Origin: an uncultured Anaerolineales bacterium | GTDB lineage: Bacteria > Chloroflexota > Anaerolineae > Anaerolineales > UBA11858 | Assembly (NCBI GenBank): GCA_964613985.1 | Contig: CAZTJD010000008.1 | Location: 3,695 to 67,694 of the forward strand | Length of the DNA stretch: 64,000 nt | Direction of reading: 5' to 3' | Shown: positions 45,017 through 54,654 of the stretch, in pieces | Layout of the letters: each line of letters begins with the position of its first letter | Position numbering within the stretch: position 1 is the first letter of the stretch | The notes under the pieces: generated by a model | Database searches by the model: none | Told to the model about the DNA's origin: nothing | What the model saw: only the letters and a program-made list of their open reading frames with translations | Made by a program: the position numbers and the translations under genes

Positions 45017-45211
45017 CAACGCGGAGCGTTCACGAAAGGGTTCCAACGTGGAACATTGGAACCAGGTAGATTCTTACCTGGTTACCTGGGTGCAATGCTC
45101 CTTGCCTGAGTGCAATGCTCCTTGCCTGAGTGCAATGCTCCCTGCCTGAGTGCAATGCTCCCTGCCTGGGTGCAATGCTCCGCGTTGCACCCCTACGCCA
45201 ACGCTCCGCGT
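45017..45211 (+). repeat. REP/REPIN-like element flanking the RAYT gene (5' side), with an internal 20-bp x5 tandem
   Basis: CAACGCGGAGCGTT…GGTTCCAACGTGGAACATTGGAACC. TGCAATGCTCC(Y)TGCCTGRG repeats at 45091/45111/45131/45151/45171. It closes with the inverted end CAACGCTCCGCGT. Confidence 0.9.
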
Positions 45212-45222
45212 CCTTACCATGA

Positions 45223-46920
45223 TCACGGCCTCATCTCATACACCCCATTCAACCCATGCACCGCCTCCCACACCCTCTGGTACCGCTCCTCATCCACCGC
45301 CGGCTTCCGCACCATCCTCAGGCAGTAGTCCATCTGCGCCACCGTACTGCTGGGCTTGTTGTGCAACTCCAGGGCATACTGCGAGAAATCTCGCACCATA
45401 AAATCAAAAATCTGGTCGACTAGGCTGTTCTCCACCTCGTAGATCAACGCATTCTCCAGGATCAACTGCCCGTAGACCACCAGGGTGAACAGCTCACCTG
45501 TAGTCAGCAGGAAATCGACATCCACCCGCTGCTCCTCCGTGGGTGCTGCCATCTTCAGCGACTCCCGGAACACCGCCACCTGCTCCTTGAAGATTGCCAC
45601 ATTCGGTAGGTCGAACTGGTCAAATGCCAGGTTGTAATCATGGAACTGGATCTTTCCCAATCCTCGCGTCGGTCCCTGGTTGAACAGGAAACCGTCATGG
45701 GCAGCCTGGTCCTGCCTGCCTACCGGTTCGTAATCCTTGGGATTAAAAAAGTAGTTGGGCATGAACTTCACAATCAGGGCGATGTTGACATGCACCGTCC
45801 CCTCCAGCTTGGGCAGGGCACGAATATCCCGTGCCGCCATCTCGAAATAAGTGTCCTTTTCAAACCCCTTGGCTGCGATCACATCCCACAGCAGGTTGAT
45901 CACCTGCTCCCCCTGGGTAGTGACCTTCATCTTGACCATCGGGTTGTAGAGCAGATAGCGCCGGTCGTCCAGGCTGGCAACCCGTTGGTAATCTGACGCC
46001 CGCAGCGCAAACAGCTTCATCGCCACCAACCGGCTATACGCATCCACAAACATTTTGCGAACGTGCGGGAAATCGGTCACGTACATCCCGTACAGCCGGC
46101 GGTTGGCAGCATGGTTGATCGCCTCGTAGAAAGCGTGGGTGCAGATCCCGATCGAGGCCCAGCCCAGGTTGTATTTGCCCACGTTGACTGTGTTAAGTGC
46201 CGCATCCCAGGCATCCTGTCCCCTGGACAAAATCTCCGCCTCATTTATCGGGTAATCATGCAAGGCATACTGACCGACGTAATTCTGGCTCTCCGTAACA
46301 TTGCGGATCAAGTCATACTTCTCATGGCGGTAATCAGCGCTGAAGAAGACGTAATCGCCGCTGTCCGCCATCTTGCCAAAGGTAGAGACCATCGGCGCCT
46401 TGTTGGCATTGCCGATATAATATTTCTCCCCGTTCGCCAGGTACGTACCGTCAGGCTGCGGCGTCAGACTCATCTCCGTGGAATAGACATCCGCCCCGTG
46501 TGCTCTCTCTGATAAACCAAAGGCAAATACCTGACCATCCTTGAGCAAACCAGCTGCCTTCCGTTTCGAACCTTCATTCTTACTCATCCACACTGGGCCC
46601 AGACCCAGGATCGAGACCTGCCAGGTGTACCAGTAACATAACCCGTAGAAAGCAAGGATTTCGTTGAACTCGCAGTTGCGCCAGGTGTCCCAGCGCGTCA
46701 CCCCTTCCCCATACTCGGGCGGGGTCAGCAACCTGAAAAAGAGCTCATTTTCCTTCACAAAATCCAGGAAATCGCTGTACCAGACCCGCTCGCGGTCGTC
46801 CGCCTTGAGCCTGGCTTTGCCACGCTCCTCAAAGAAGGCGATTAATTTCAGCATGATCTGGCGCGATTCATCGTCTGGGTAATACCTATCATGAGCATTG
46901 GGATTTAAAAGGATCACCAT
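45223..46920 (-). CDS. Acyl-CoA dehydrogenase family protein (long form)
   Basis: FGLSERAHGADVYSTEMS…ANGEKYYIGNA matches the ACAD middle-domain signature. 565 aa. Confidence 0.75.
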   Translation of the reverse strand: MVILLNPNAHDRYYPDDESRQIMLKLIAFFEERGKARLKADDRERVWYSDFLDFVKENELFFRLLTPPEYGEGVTRWDTWRNCEFNEILAFYGLCYWYTWQVSILGLGPVWMSKNEGSKRKAAGLLKDGQVFAFGLSERAHGADVYSTEMSLTPQPDGTYLANGEKYYIGNANKAPMVSTFGKMADSGDYVFFSADYRHEKYDLIRNVTESQNYVGQYALHDYPINEAEILSRGQDAWDAALNTVNVGKYNLGWASIGICTHAFYEAINHAANRRLYGMYVTDFPHVRKMFVDAYSRLVAMKLFALRASDYQRVASLDDRRYLLYNPMVKMKVTTQGEQVINLLWDVIAAKGFEKDTYFEMAARDIRALPKLEGTVHVNIALIVKFMPNYFFNPKDYEPVGRQDQAAHDGFLFNQGPTRGLGKIQFHDYNLAFDQFDLPNVAIFKEQVAVFRESLKMAAPTEEQRVDVDFLLTTGELFTLVVYGQLILENALIYEVENSLVDQIFDFMVRDFSQYALELHNKPSSTVAQMDYCLRMVRKPAVDEERYQRVWEAVHGLNGVYEMRP

Positions 46921-47029
46921 TTCCTCCTATAAGCAGCGCATGGATATTTTCCTTCTCGTAAAAGGTTATCGATCTGTGGTCGCGATATCTGTTCAGATAC
47001 GCATACAGCATTAAACCGGAATCGAATTA

Positions 47030-47470
47030 TTATTCTGAGAATGCTCCGTTTTCTCTCGCTGCAAGTTCATCGCGAGCAGCCAGGAGCTGTTGATATTTTT
47101 TGCCTGCTTTTTCCAGGTTCTTCGATTTGAAGGCTTTAAATAAATCCCCCTCCAACTCGGCAACTTCCAGCCGCAGGTAGTAATCCAACATTTCCTTCAA
47201 ATGGGCTAAGACGATCTTGCCTGTCAGGATTGGATGATTATTGGTGACATTGGCATCAGGAAATTGAATGCCATGTTCCAGTTCTACCTCCAATCCCGCC
47301 TTGAAATCATCTACGGATATCAATAACGCTTCACCCCCCACCTCAGCCTGGATGATCTTCGCGTCTTCAAGGGAAACCTGGCTTGCAGATATTTTAGTCC
47401 AGTCTCTGATCCCCAGGTGCTGGCATACTCGCTGTACTTCTGATATGGAAACATATTCGGGAAGGTCCAT
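47030..47470 (-). CDS. Hypothetical protein (DUF5661-like GLEVELEHG motif)
   Basis: 146 aa. The motif GLEVELEHG…TNNHP…AHLKEMLDYY is recalled from DUF5661-type proteins. The family call is from memory only. Confidence 0.45.
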   Translation of the reverse strand: MDLPEYVSISEVQRVCQHLGIRDWTKISASQVSLEDAKIIQAEVGGEALLISVDDFKAGLEVELEHGIQFPDANVTNNHPILTGKIVLAHLKEMLDYYLRLEVAELEGDLFKAFKSKNLEKAGKKYQQLLAARDELAARENGAFSE

Positions 47471-47752
47471 CTTGTTCTCCTTGTTGAAATTTTATGATGA
47501 TTTATAATACTAACCTGAATCTTGTATCCATACAATATATCATATTACCAGCACTAACGTTATACCCGGAAATCCTTTAGTCTTTTTCGTGCTACAACAT
47601 ATCTTCTCATCCTGTATCCAAACCTTCACATCACCATGATACAATCCCCCGCTTCACTTTGAATACAATCTTTGATCGTTAAGATCCTTGCGTTTTCTCT
47701 ATTGAGTTGAGAAACCTTGATCATTGCTAGATGCCCAAAGGAGTCTTCACAA

Positions 47753-48091
47753 ATGACCCTAACCTCCAGACCTGACAAACAAGACTACCTGATCTCTATT
47801 CTTTATATCAGCCTCTACATCCTGGTGATTGGCGTTGGCGCTTTCCTATTGATACCCACCTACTGGTACCTTTGGTTGATTCTTGTGATCTTCGGGCTGT
47901 TCCTGCTTGTAAACTGGCATAAAAAGTCCACTGCTTATCAGTGTCCATCGTGCGGTCACGTATATACCCTATCCTTTCTAACTGACCTGGTTGCGCCTCA
48001 TGGAGTTGACCGGGAAGGTGCCTGGCTGCTGCTTAAATGCCCACAATGCAAGGTTCGCAGTAAAACCCGGGTTCTGAAACGATTGGATTAA
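47753..48091 (+). CDS. Small membrane protein with a C-terminal zinc ribbon
   Basis: Two TM segments are followed by CPSCGH…CPQC. The start is set at ATG 47753, with AAAGGAG upstream. Confidence 0.6.
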   Translation: MTLTSRPDKQDYLISILYISLYILVIGVGAFLLIPTYWYLWLILVIFGLFLLVNWHKKSTAYQCPSCGHVYTLSFLTDLVAPHGVDREGAWLLLKCPQCKVRSKTRVLKRLD

Positions 48092-48193
48092 CAGGAAATT
48101 TAAGCCTACAAAGATGAAAGATCCAAGTTCAACTCAACATCCCGTGGGATCTGCGAATGACCCGCTCGGTCATCAAATTTCGACTAAACCTCC

Positions 48194-48282
48194 AAACGCG
48201 GAGCGTTGATATCAGGTTCCAACGTGGAACATTGGAACCAGGTGATACGAAGGAACCAGGTGATACGAAGGAACCAGGAGTA
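48194..48282 (+). repeat. REP-like element, truncated form with an 18-bp x2.5 internal tandem
   Basis: AAACGCGGAGCGTT…GGTTCCAACGTGGAACATTGGAACC. GGAACCAGGTGATACGAA repeats at 48234 and 48252. Confidence 0.85.
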
Positions 48283-48291
48283 TCCAGTGGA

Positions 48292-49425
48292 TCACACCTT
48301 CAACACCGCCCCCGCCACCAGATCCATAAACACCGGGTAATCCCGATTATAAATAAACCCTGGCGGATCCCCAAGCCGGTTGCGGATCATCACCGCCACC
48401 ACTCCCAACGCTGGCATGATCACCAGCACGCTGTGACCCGCCCCTCCATGGCAGTAGGTGCCATGAGGCACAATCGTCCCCAACTCCGGGGTATCTGGTT
48501 CCGCCTTGATCCACCACAGCAGGCCGCGGTGAGGATATTTCACCCGTCCAGGCTTGGGGTACTGGCAGGTGGTCATCATCCGCACCGTCAACGGCGCCAA
48601 TACCCGCACGCCTTCCAGTTCCCCTTCATTTAATAACATGTTCCCAAGTGCTGCCAGGTCACGGGCATTGCTGATTAACCCGCCTGCCACCGACCCTGCC
48701 TTTAGGACTTCGTTGCTGCCGTGCACGCCACCCATCCAGTCCGCGTTGACGATCTCAGCAATATCCTTGGCAATTTCGTCTTTAAAATCCCAACCGATCT
48801 GAACCAGTCCAAGTGGATCAAATACGCGTTCCTTTACAAACTCCGGCACCCGCTGTCCGCAAGCCCGGAAGAGAACCTCCCCCAGGATCGTCACCGCCGG
48901 ATCCGAATAGACGTGCCAGGTGCCAGGCTCGTAGACCACGCCTCTTACCACCCGGTACATCGCATGACGGAAATAGGTCTCCGGTAGCTTCTCGCCCGGT
49001 CTTTTGTCCCTCCAACAGCCGTAGAAATCGATATCACCACCAGGCAACCCGCTGGAATGGGTCGCCAGGTGCCGGATGGTGACCTTCGCCAGGTCGCCTT
49101 CCTTGAATTCTGATACATAAGACGAAACAGGTTCATCCAGCCACACCACCCCATCTTGGATCAGTAGCGCTAAGGCGGTCGCAGTCACCCCCTTGGTGAT
49201 GGACATCAGTGGTGTCAAGGTGTCCTGGTCATAAGGAGCTGCATCCGGGGAAAGCCCACGCCTGCCCCAATACCATTCTCCAACGATTTTTCCCTGCCGG
49301 GTCACCAGCACCGCCCCGCCGGAACTCTCCAGCTGTTCGCCCACCCGCCAGGCATAGTCACGGGATTTTAGAAGCTGCCCCGTGGACATGCCAACCGATT
49401 CTGGGGAAACTGTTTCAAATTTCAT
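48292..49425 (-). CDS. Serine hydrolase, beta-lactamase/transpeptidase-like (class C family)
   Basis: The SxxK motif lies in MSITKGVTA, with YSD and HGG boxes. 377 aa. Confidence 0.75.
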   Translation of the reverse strand: MKFETVSPESVGMSTGQLLKSRDYAWRVGEQLESSGGAVLVTRQGKIVGEWYWGRRGLSPDAAPYDQDTLTPLMSITKGVTATALALLIQDGVVWLDEPVSSYVSEFKEGDLAKVTIRHLATHSSGLPGGDIDFYGCWRDKRPGEKLPETYFRHAMYRVVRGVVYEPGTWHVYSDPAVTILGEVLFRACGQRVPEFVKERVFDPLGLVQIGWDFKDEIAKDIAEIVNADWMGGVHGSNEVLKAGSVAGGLISNARDLAALGNMLLNEGELEGVRVLAPLTVRMMTTCQYPKPGRVKYPHRGLLWWIKAEPDTPELGTIVPHGTYCHGGAGHSVLVIMPALGVVAVMIRNRLGDPPGFIYNRDYPVFMDLVAGAVLKV

Positions 49426-49689
49426 GATTGCCTCCTGTCAATAAATAATATGGATCTTAACGTATTTTAGTAATTTTTTTTGCATCATTTTAAATCTCTT
49501 CGCCTTCCGCCAATTGGATCGGTTCTTACCAGTTCCAAATTGGTGCTCAATAAATTTATGGCTACCTCCTGGATTATCAAGACTCAACCCAGGACCAGGA
49601 GAATTACTTGCAACCATTCGCCGATTCAACTGGAATATCATGGCAACCTGCTGGAATGGGATTATTTGGATAAATGCAAACCGCACTAA

Positions 49690-50258
49690 AGACACGACCA
49701 GCAGGCCAAATCATGTCCGAAATTCTTGTCATACTCGATTACGCATACTCTCCCACGAGAAAGAACGCCATCTACAATATTCTTCATCCCAATAAGTAAC
49801 CCGTCATCGCCCGTCGGCGTATCTCCATATTGCTTTCCAAGAAGGTTTACGAATAATTTCTTGCAGGACGCGATATCTACTTCTGTTGGTAAATTCTGGT
49901 TGAGTACAATATTGCCTATGAAAAATTTTGGAACTCAGTCTTCGATGATCAACCGACATAGGCCATAAGGGAATTTGTCATCGGGTGATTTCGTGTGCTC
50001 GCATTCCCTCTTCAATCTTCTTATATGTTGATATAGTTTCTTCAGATATGCACCAGATTCTTGCTCAAATAAATCTATTCCGATGCATTCGCTCTGTTCG
50101 TTTTCTAGTGCAAGGACAAAGGTGGTAATCCCAGTACCACAGCCGTAATCACATATTTATATTCCCTGCCCGTTGATTCCAAGCAGATCGAATTCTTCTC
50201 GGATGTCTTCTCTGATCAAGTTCAGATATTTGAAGTATTGTTTCGTTGCAGAGCTCAT
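49690..50258 (-). pseudogene. Class I SAM methyltransferase pseudogene (in-frame TAA plus a frameshift)
   Basis: My own translation gives MSSATKQYF…NGQGI-TAA(50157-50159)-ICDYGCGTGITTFVL…IGIDL… to TGA at 49935. The C-terminal part continues in another frame (…LSRGRVCVIEYDKNFGH). Confidence 0.5.
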
Positions 50259-50360
50259 CTCATTTTGACCCGGTTAAGGTATTCAAGATTATTCTGTTGC
50301 CCAACAAGTTAACCAGTCAAAAGCCTGGGACGTGACAAGCACACCTGCGTGCATCCTGCG

Positions 50361-51215
50361 CTACAGGCGATGGGCGATGGCAAGATACTCACTCGGGTCT
50401 TTGCACGTCGAGAAGTCGGAACAGGCCTCGCATAAGAATACACTATCCTCTACCATAAAGCCGCCTCTCTCGAGCTCGAGGCGCAGCGTTCTCTGCGTAA
50501 ACGCCCACTGGTAATTCTTGTCGTACATCCTGGAAATGCCCAGGGTCCGCAGCCCCCTCCAGATCCAGTACTTTCGCCTTGACCTGCTGGCGGTGTACCA
50601 GACGTACAGCCTGCCCATGGGCTTGAGGATGCTGTGCACACGCCGTAGCGAGCGCTGGGGATCCAGTTGGTGATAGATCGTAGAGGCATAAAGTGCCCCG
50701 TCAAACAGCACGTGCCGGAAAGGAAGGTACTCTCCCATGCCCTGCACGAAAGGGAAACGCCTGGCAGTGTCACCGAGGAAGGGATCAATGCCGATCCACT
50801 CCACGCACTCGCTCGACGCCGTCATGTACACCGGCCACGGCCGCGCTCCACACCCCACATCCAGGAACAGCCCTCCCCCCGATCGGGCGATAATCTCACC
50901 CACCAGGCGCCCTAATTCGTTGCTATCATATGTAAAGACGCCTTCATCGCCTTCCTGGTATTCCTGCCACATCTTGCTCTGGTGCGCCTTCCACAGTGGT
51001 AGATCGCCCCTGGCAGCCTTCCCCAGCTCCGGGATGAGGCAAGGCATATTGTGGACAACCGGGTATTCGGCATCCTTCGACTTCAAGGCCACGACCTCGC
51101 CTGCTGCATCCCGCACCGCCGTAAGCGGAACTGAATTGTCCAACGGGCAGGCAAGGATTTCTAGTAGTGATTCCAGATACTCAGCAGGCTGTCCAGCCGC
51201 AGTTTCATCTTTCAT
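50361..51215 (-). CDS. SAM-dependent methyltransferase with an N-terminal Trm112-like zinc-ribbon-like segment
   Basis: LEILACPLD is Trm112-like. Motif I reads FLDVGCGARPW. Confidence 0.65.
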   Translation of the reverse strand: MKDETAAGQPAEYLESLLEILACPLDNSVPLTAVRDAAGEVVALKSKDAEYPVVHNMPCLIPELGKAARGDLPLWKAHQSKMWQEYQEGDEGVFTYDSNELGRLVGEIIARSGGGLFLDVGCGARPWPVYMTASSECVEWIGIDPFLGDTARRFPFVQGMGEYLPFRHVLFDGALYASTIYHQLDPQRSLRRVHSILKPMGRLYVWYTASRSRRKYWIWRGLRTLGISRMYDKNYQWAFTQRTLRLELERGGFMVEDSVFLCEACSDFSTCKDPSEYLAIAHRL

Positions 51216-51258
51216 TTTCTCTCCTCCGCCAACACGGTGCTAATCTACTTCATGTCCA

Positions 51259-51337
51259 GTACTCTGTCAAACATCATTCTTTTGATTGTCATGTTGAATG
51301 GAGCAAAGCGGAATGATCCATCTCAACCTTGGAATTG
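51259..51337. repeat. MITE-like dispersed element (GTCATGYTGAATGGAGCAAAGCGGAATGA family)
   Basis: Nearly identical to 58988-59068 and 59130-59208. Confidence 0.85.
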
Positions 51338-51962
51338 ACTTTATCTATGATTTTCTAACGCATAACGAGGTCTAGGCTGATCGATTGCTTGATTTCAGCC
51401 TTTCGCCCAACTACGCACATATTTGCCTCGATAAAAATCTTGCACCTTGATAGCAATGTGAAACCAACCTCATCGATCAAATCATCGTCGTGAAGACCTT
51501 TTGCGTCTTGTTCATACAACTGCTGGATTTTGTGTTTTGGAATGCGAGGCGACCAATCGGGTTTCTTGGTTTTTTGCTTCTTTCTCTCTGCATCGATCCT
51601 TCATATGAGCATTTTGGCAAACAGCTTACGCTAAATCTCTGACAAAAGAAGGTTACAAAGGCTCGAATTTTCAACCCTGCTTTGAACTTATCTTCGGTCT
51701 AACGGGTAAAATAGATAACATCTAAATATGTGAAATCAACTTTGGACAGGTAGGCAAATAAAAATCGATGAATGGTTTGAAATAAATCTTTACGAATAAT
51801 ATTATCAGAACAAATTCTGTGAATAATATGAAAAAATGGACCTTATCAGTTAAAACTTCACAATAAATGATTATATCAAGTAATATGGATCAAACCTAAA
51901 AATACTTCTTGATCGGGTCCGTGAAAAAATCCGCCTGAAAATTAATGTCTTTAACTTCCCGC

Positions 51963-52029
51963 TTGACAAAAAGTGAAATCTGGCTATAATATTCCATAGA
52001 CCTTCTATATACCATCCATATAGAAGGTC
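51963..52029 (+). promoter_or_regulatory. Near-consensus sigma-70 promoter followed by a perfect 12-bp-arm palindrome
   Basis: TTGACA (51963-51968), a 16-nt spacer, TATAAT (51985-51990). Then GACCTTCTATAT-ACCATCC-ATATAGAAGGTC at 51999-52029. Confidence 0.6.
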
Positions 52030-52245
52030 ATTCCTTAAATAATTCCTCGACCTGCTGTTTTGTCGTTCTCTTGCTGAGTATATTAATACCCGAAAGGTTT
52101 ACCAAGATCCCCAAAGTCGGATATGCATTCCTGTTACCTGCGTATTGATCTCCTATCGAATCATCGAAAATCTTTCGGTTTTCTTTCTAAATTCAGTGAG
52201 AATACTATTTACATAACGGGAGATAAAAATTTAAGGAGAAATCTT

Positions 52246-52632
52246 ATGCCCGAATCAGAAAAAATCACTATCAATCTCTCCGCAGTCGATCTCGGAAAAA
52301 TAGACCTACTCGTCCAAGAAGGTCTATACGCAAACCGTTCCGATCTGATCCGCACCGCCATCCGCAACCAACTGGACAAACACAACCTGGAAATCCAGCA
52401 ATCGGTGACGCGGCATGCCTATACCATCGGTGTCCTTGCCTATGATAAATCGGACTTTGAAAATTACAGGGCAAAAGGCAAGAAGGTCAAGATGACGGTT
52501 GTCGGCATGCTGCACCTTGGTAAGGATATATCCCCAGAGCTTGCCCGCGAGGTGGTTGAATCCATCCAGGTACGGGGAATATTTCATGCCAGCGATGAAC
52601 TCAAAGCTGCCCTGGCAGACCGTATGGAATAA
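52246..52632 (+). CDS. Ribbon-helix-helix (CopG/NikR-like architecture) transcriptional regulator
   Basis: The N-terminal RHH is KITINLSAVDLGKIDLLVQEGLYANRSDLIRTAIRNQL, followed by an ~80-aa C-domain. The start is moved to ATG 52246, which has AAGGAG 7 nt upstream. Confidence 0.7.
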   Translation: MPESEKITINLSAVDLGKIDLLVQEGLYANRSDLIRTAIRNQLDKHNLEIQQSVTRHAYTIGVLAYDKSDFENYRAKGKKVKMTVVGMLHLGKDISPELAREVVESIQVRGIFHASDELKAALADRME

Positions 52633-52648
52633 AGGTTAGGAACAATCC

Positions 52649-53938
52649 ATGAAAAACACTTCGATTTCCCCCTCCGATTTCCAGGCAAATTGGAAGCCCA
52701 AATTCTTCACCATCTGGGGTGGACAGGCCCTGTCGCTGGTTGGTTCTGCCCTGGTCCAGTTTGCCCTGGTCTGGTACCTGACCCAGGAGACCGGTTCCGC
52801 TACGGTCCTCGCGACCGCCACACTGGTTGCCCTCCTGCCCCAGATATTTCTCGGGCCATTCGTGGGCGCCCTAATTGATCGCTGGCTTCGCCGTGTCATC
52901 TTGATCGTGGCAGACACCGCCATTGCCCTGGCGACAGTGGTGCTGATGGTGTTATTTGCCCTGGAGGTAGTACAACCCTGGCATGTTTTTGTTCTACTGT
53001 TCATCCGCTCCCTTGGCGGTGCCTTTCACTATCCTGCCATGACCGCCTCAACCTCTTTGATGGTTCCCAACGAGCACCTGGCAAGGGTAGCTGGCATGAA
53101 CCAGGCTTTGCAGGGCATTGTCACAGTATCTGCGCCTCCCATAGGTGCCTTGTTCCTCAGCCTGCTCCCCACCCAGGGCGTACTGGCGATCGATATCGGC
53201 ACCGCCGCCCTTGCGGTCATCCCGCTGCTCTTCATCCCCATCCCCCAACCGCAACGCCAGGTTGACCAGGTTGAAGGGATTGAGCAAAAAACTTCTTACT
53301 GGCAGGACCTGCAAGGAGGGTTTCGCTATGTCCTGAAATGGCCCGGTTTATTTGGTTTGATCCTCCTGGCGATGATGTTGAACTTCTTGCTCAGCCCCAG
53401 CTCTGCGCTACTCCCCATCCTGGTCACCGATGTCTTCAAAGGAGGCGCAACTGAGTTGGGATGGGTGGAATCGGTATTTGGTGTCGGCGTAATCCTGGGG
53501 GGCGTAATCTTGGGTACCTGGGGAGGATTCAAACGCCGTATTGTCACCTCTTTCATTGGGGTTATTGGGATTGGTTTGGGTGTTATCCTGACCGGCTTGA
53601 CGCCTGCAACCATGTTTTATCTACTCCTGGGGGCAAGCTTCCTGATGGGATTCGCCCAGGTCTTCGCCAACAGCCCCCTGCACGCCATCTTCCAATCCAC
53701 CATTGCCCCCGACATGCAGGGGCGAGTATTTTCTTTGATTGGCGCTGGAGCGACTGCCATGATGCCGGTAAGCCTGCTCGTCGCAGGACCGGTAGCTGAC
53801 AGGCTGGGTGTTCGTATCTGGTACATCATCGGCGGAGCAGTCTGCATCTTGATGACCATCCTCGCCGCGTTCATCCCAGCCATCATGCAAATCGAACAGA
53901 ACCAGACAGTCAAAACAGCAGTAGCACCAACGGAGTAG
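52649..53938 (+). CDS. MFS transporter (DHA3/EntS-like)
   Basis: About 12 TM segments with a typical MFS N-terminus (FFTIWGGQALSLVGSALVQFALVWY). Confidence 0.8.
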   Translation: MKNTSISPSDFQANWKPKFFTIWGGQALSLVGSALVQFALVWYLTQETGSATVLATATLVALLPQIFLGPFVGALIDRWLRRVILIVADTAIALATVVLMVLFALEVVQPWHVFVLLFIRSLGGAFHYPAMTASTSLMVPNEHLARVAGMNQALQGIVTVSAPPIGALFLSLLPTQGVLAIDIGTAALAVIPLLFIPIPQPQRQVDQVEGIEQKTSYWQDLQGGFRYVLKWPGLFGLILLAMMLNFLLSPSSALLPILVTDVFKGGATELGWVESVFGVGVILGGVILGTWGGFKRRIVTSFIGVIGIGLGVILTGLTPATMFYLLLGASFLMGFAQVFANSPLHAIFQSTIAPDMQGRVFSLIGAGATAMMPVSLLVAGPVADRLGVRIWYIIGGAVCILMTILAAFIPAIMQIEQNQTVKTAVAPTE

Positions 53939-53944
53939 TTCAGG

Positions 53945-54514
53945 TACGGATCTTGTAGTATGAGATTATATCTCGTACTCCTGAACAGGTTGCAAACTCA
54001 TCCTACAATACTGAACAAGTTACAAAATTATTCTACATCGACTCTCCCCTTAACCATGATTCCACTAAACTTGTAGCATAAGATTGTATCTTGCGCCTCT
54101 GAACGAGTTGTAAACTCAATCTACATCCTCTTGTATCGTAAGATTGCATCTTGCGCAGGTGTTGAGGGAATGAATGTAAATCGAGGCTAAGGTGGAGCGG
54201 GATGTGTTTCACGCCCCACAAACGCCATGAATGAATTCACGGCTTGATAACTAAAGTCTGCTAAAGTAGACTGGGTGGAAAGGAATCAAAATGGAAAAAG
54301 GAGTTATCGATGAGGAGAATCAAGGATCAGCCCGTTTGAACGGGCTTTGGATGGTGTAGCACGCAATTCATTCGCGTGCAGGGGTTGGAACGAGATAAGG
54401 ATATCGCGGCTACAGGAGGGGAATTGGATTTGCACCTTATCGTTGGGGGAGAATTTTTAGCAACGTAAGATTGTATCTTGCGGCCCTGAACAAGTTGAAA
54501 ACTCATTCTACATC
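53945..54514. repeat. Cluster of hairpin modules plus copy 2 (54219-54514) of the 298-bp dispersed repeat
   Basis: The module GTA(A/T)GAGATT..ATCT..CTGAACAAGTTGCAAACTCATTCTACATC occurs at about 53955, 54072 and 54458. 54219-54514 aligns to 18866-19163. Confidence 0.85.
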
Positions 54515-54654
54515 TCCTCCCCTCCTGATCTCCTCGAGACCGTCAGATAATCCCCTACTTGACCATCTCTGAATAGATTTTCAGGATTATAATTAACATA
54601 TCGAGATGTATCTTTTTTCCCAACCGCTTTCCTCAAAATAGAAAGGAAACTGCG

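Noticed and set aside
44264-45401. Track ORFs 44264-44707(+), 45110-45328(+) and 45150-45401(+)
   Set aside because: They are translations of REP elements and of the antisense strands of the RAYT and ACAD genes. The repetitive peptides (CNAPC…/LPECNAP…) come from the 20-bp tandem.
49438-49695. 85-aa minus-strand ORF downstream of the beta-lactamase-like gene
   Set aside because: No RBS and no recognisable motif. It overlaps the tail of the methyltransferase pseudogene region.
51380-51674. Minus-strand reading …KKPDWSPRIPKHKIQQLYEQDAKGLHDDDLIDEVGFTLLSRCKIF…, which looks protein-like. The track ORF 51477-51674 is in a neighbouring frame.
   Set aside because: There is no start codon in the meaningful frame, which is bounded by a TGA upstream. 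It is probably a frameshifted gene fragment, but I cannot name the family, so it is not reported as a feature.
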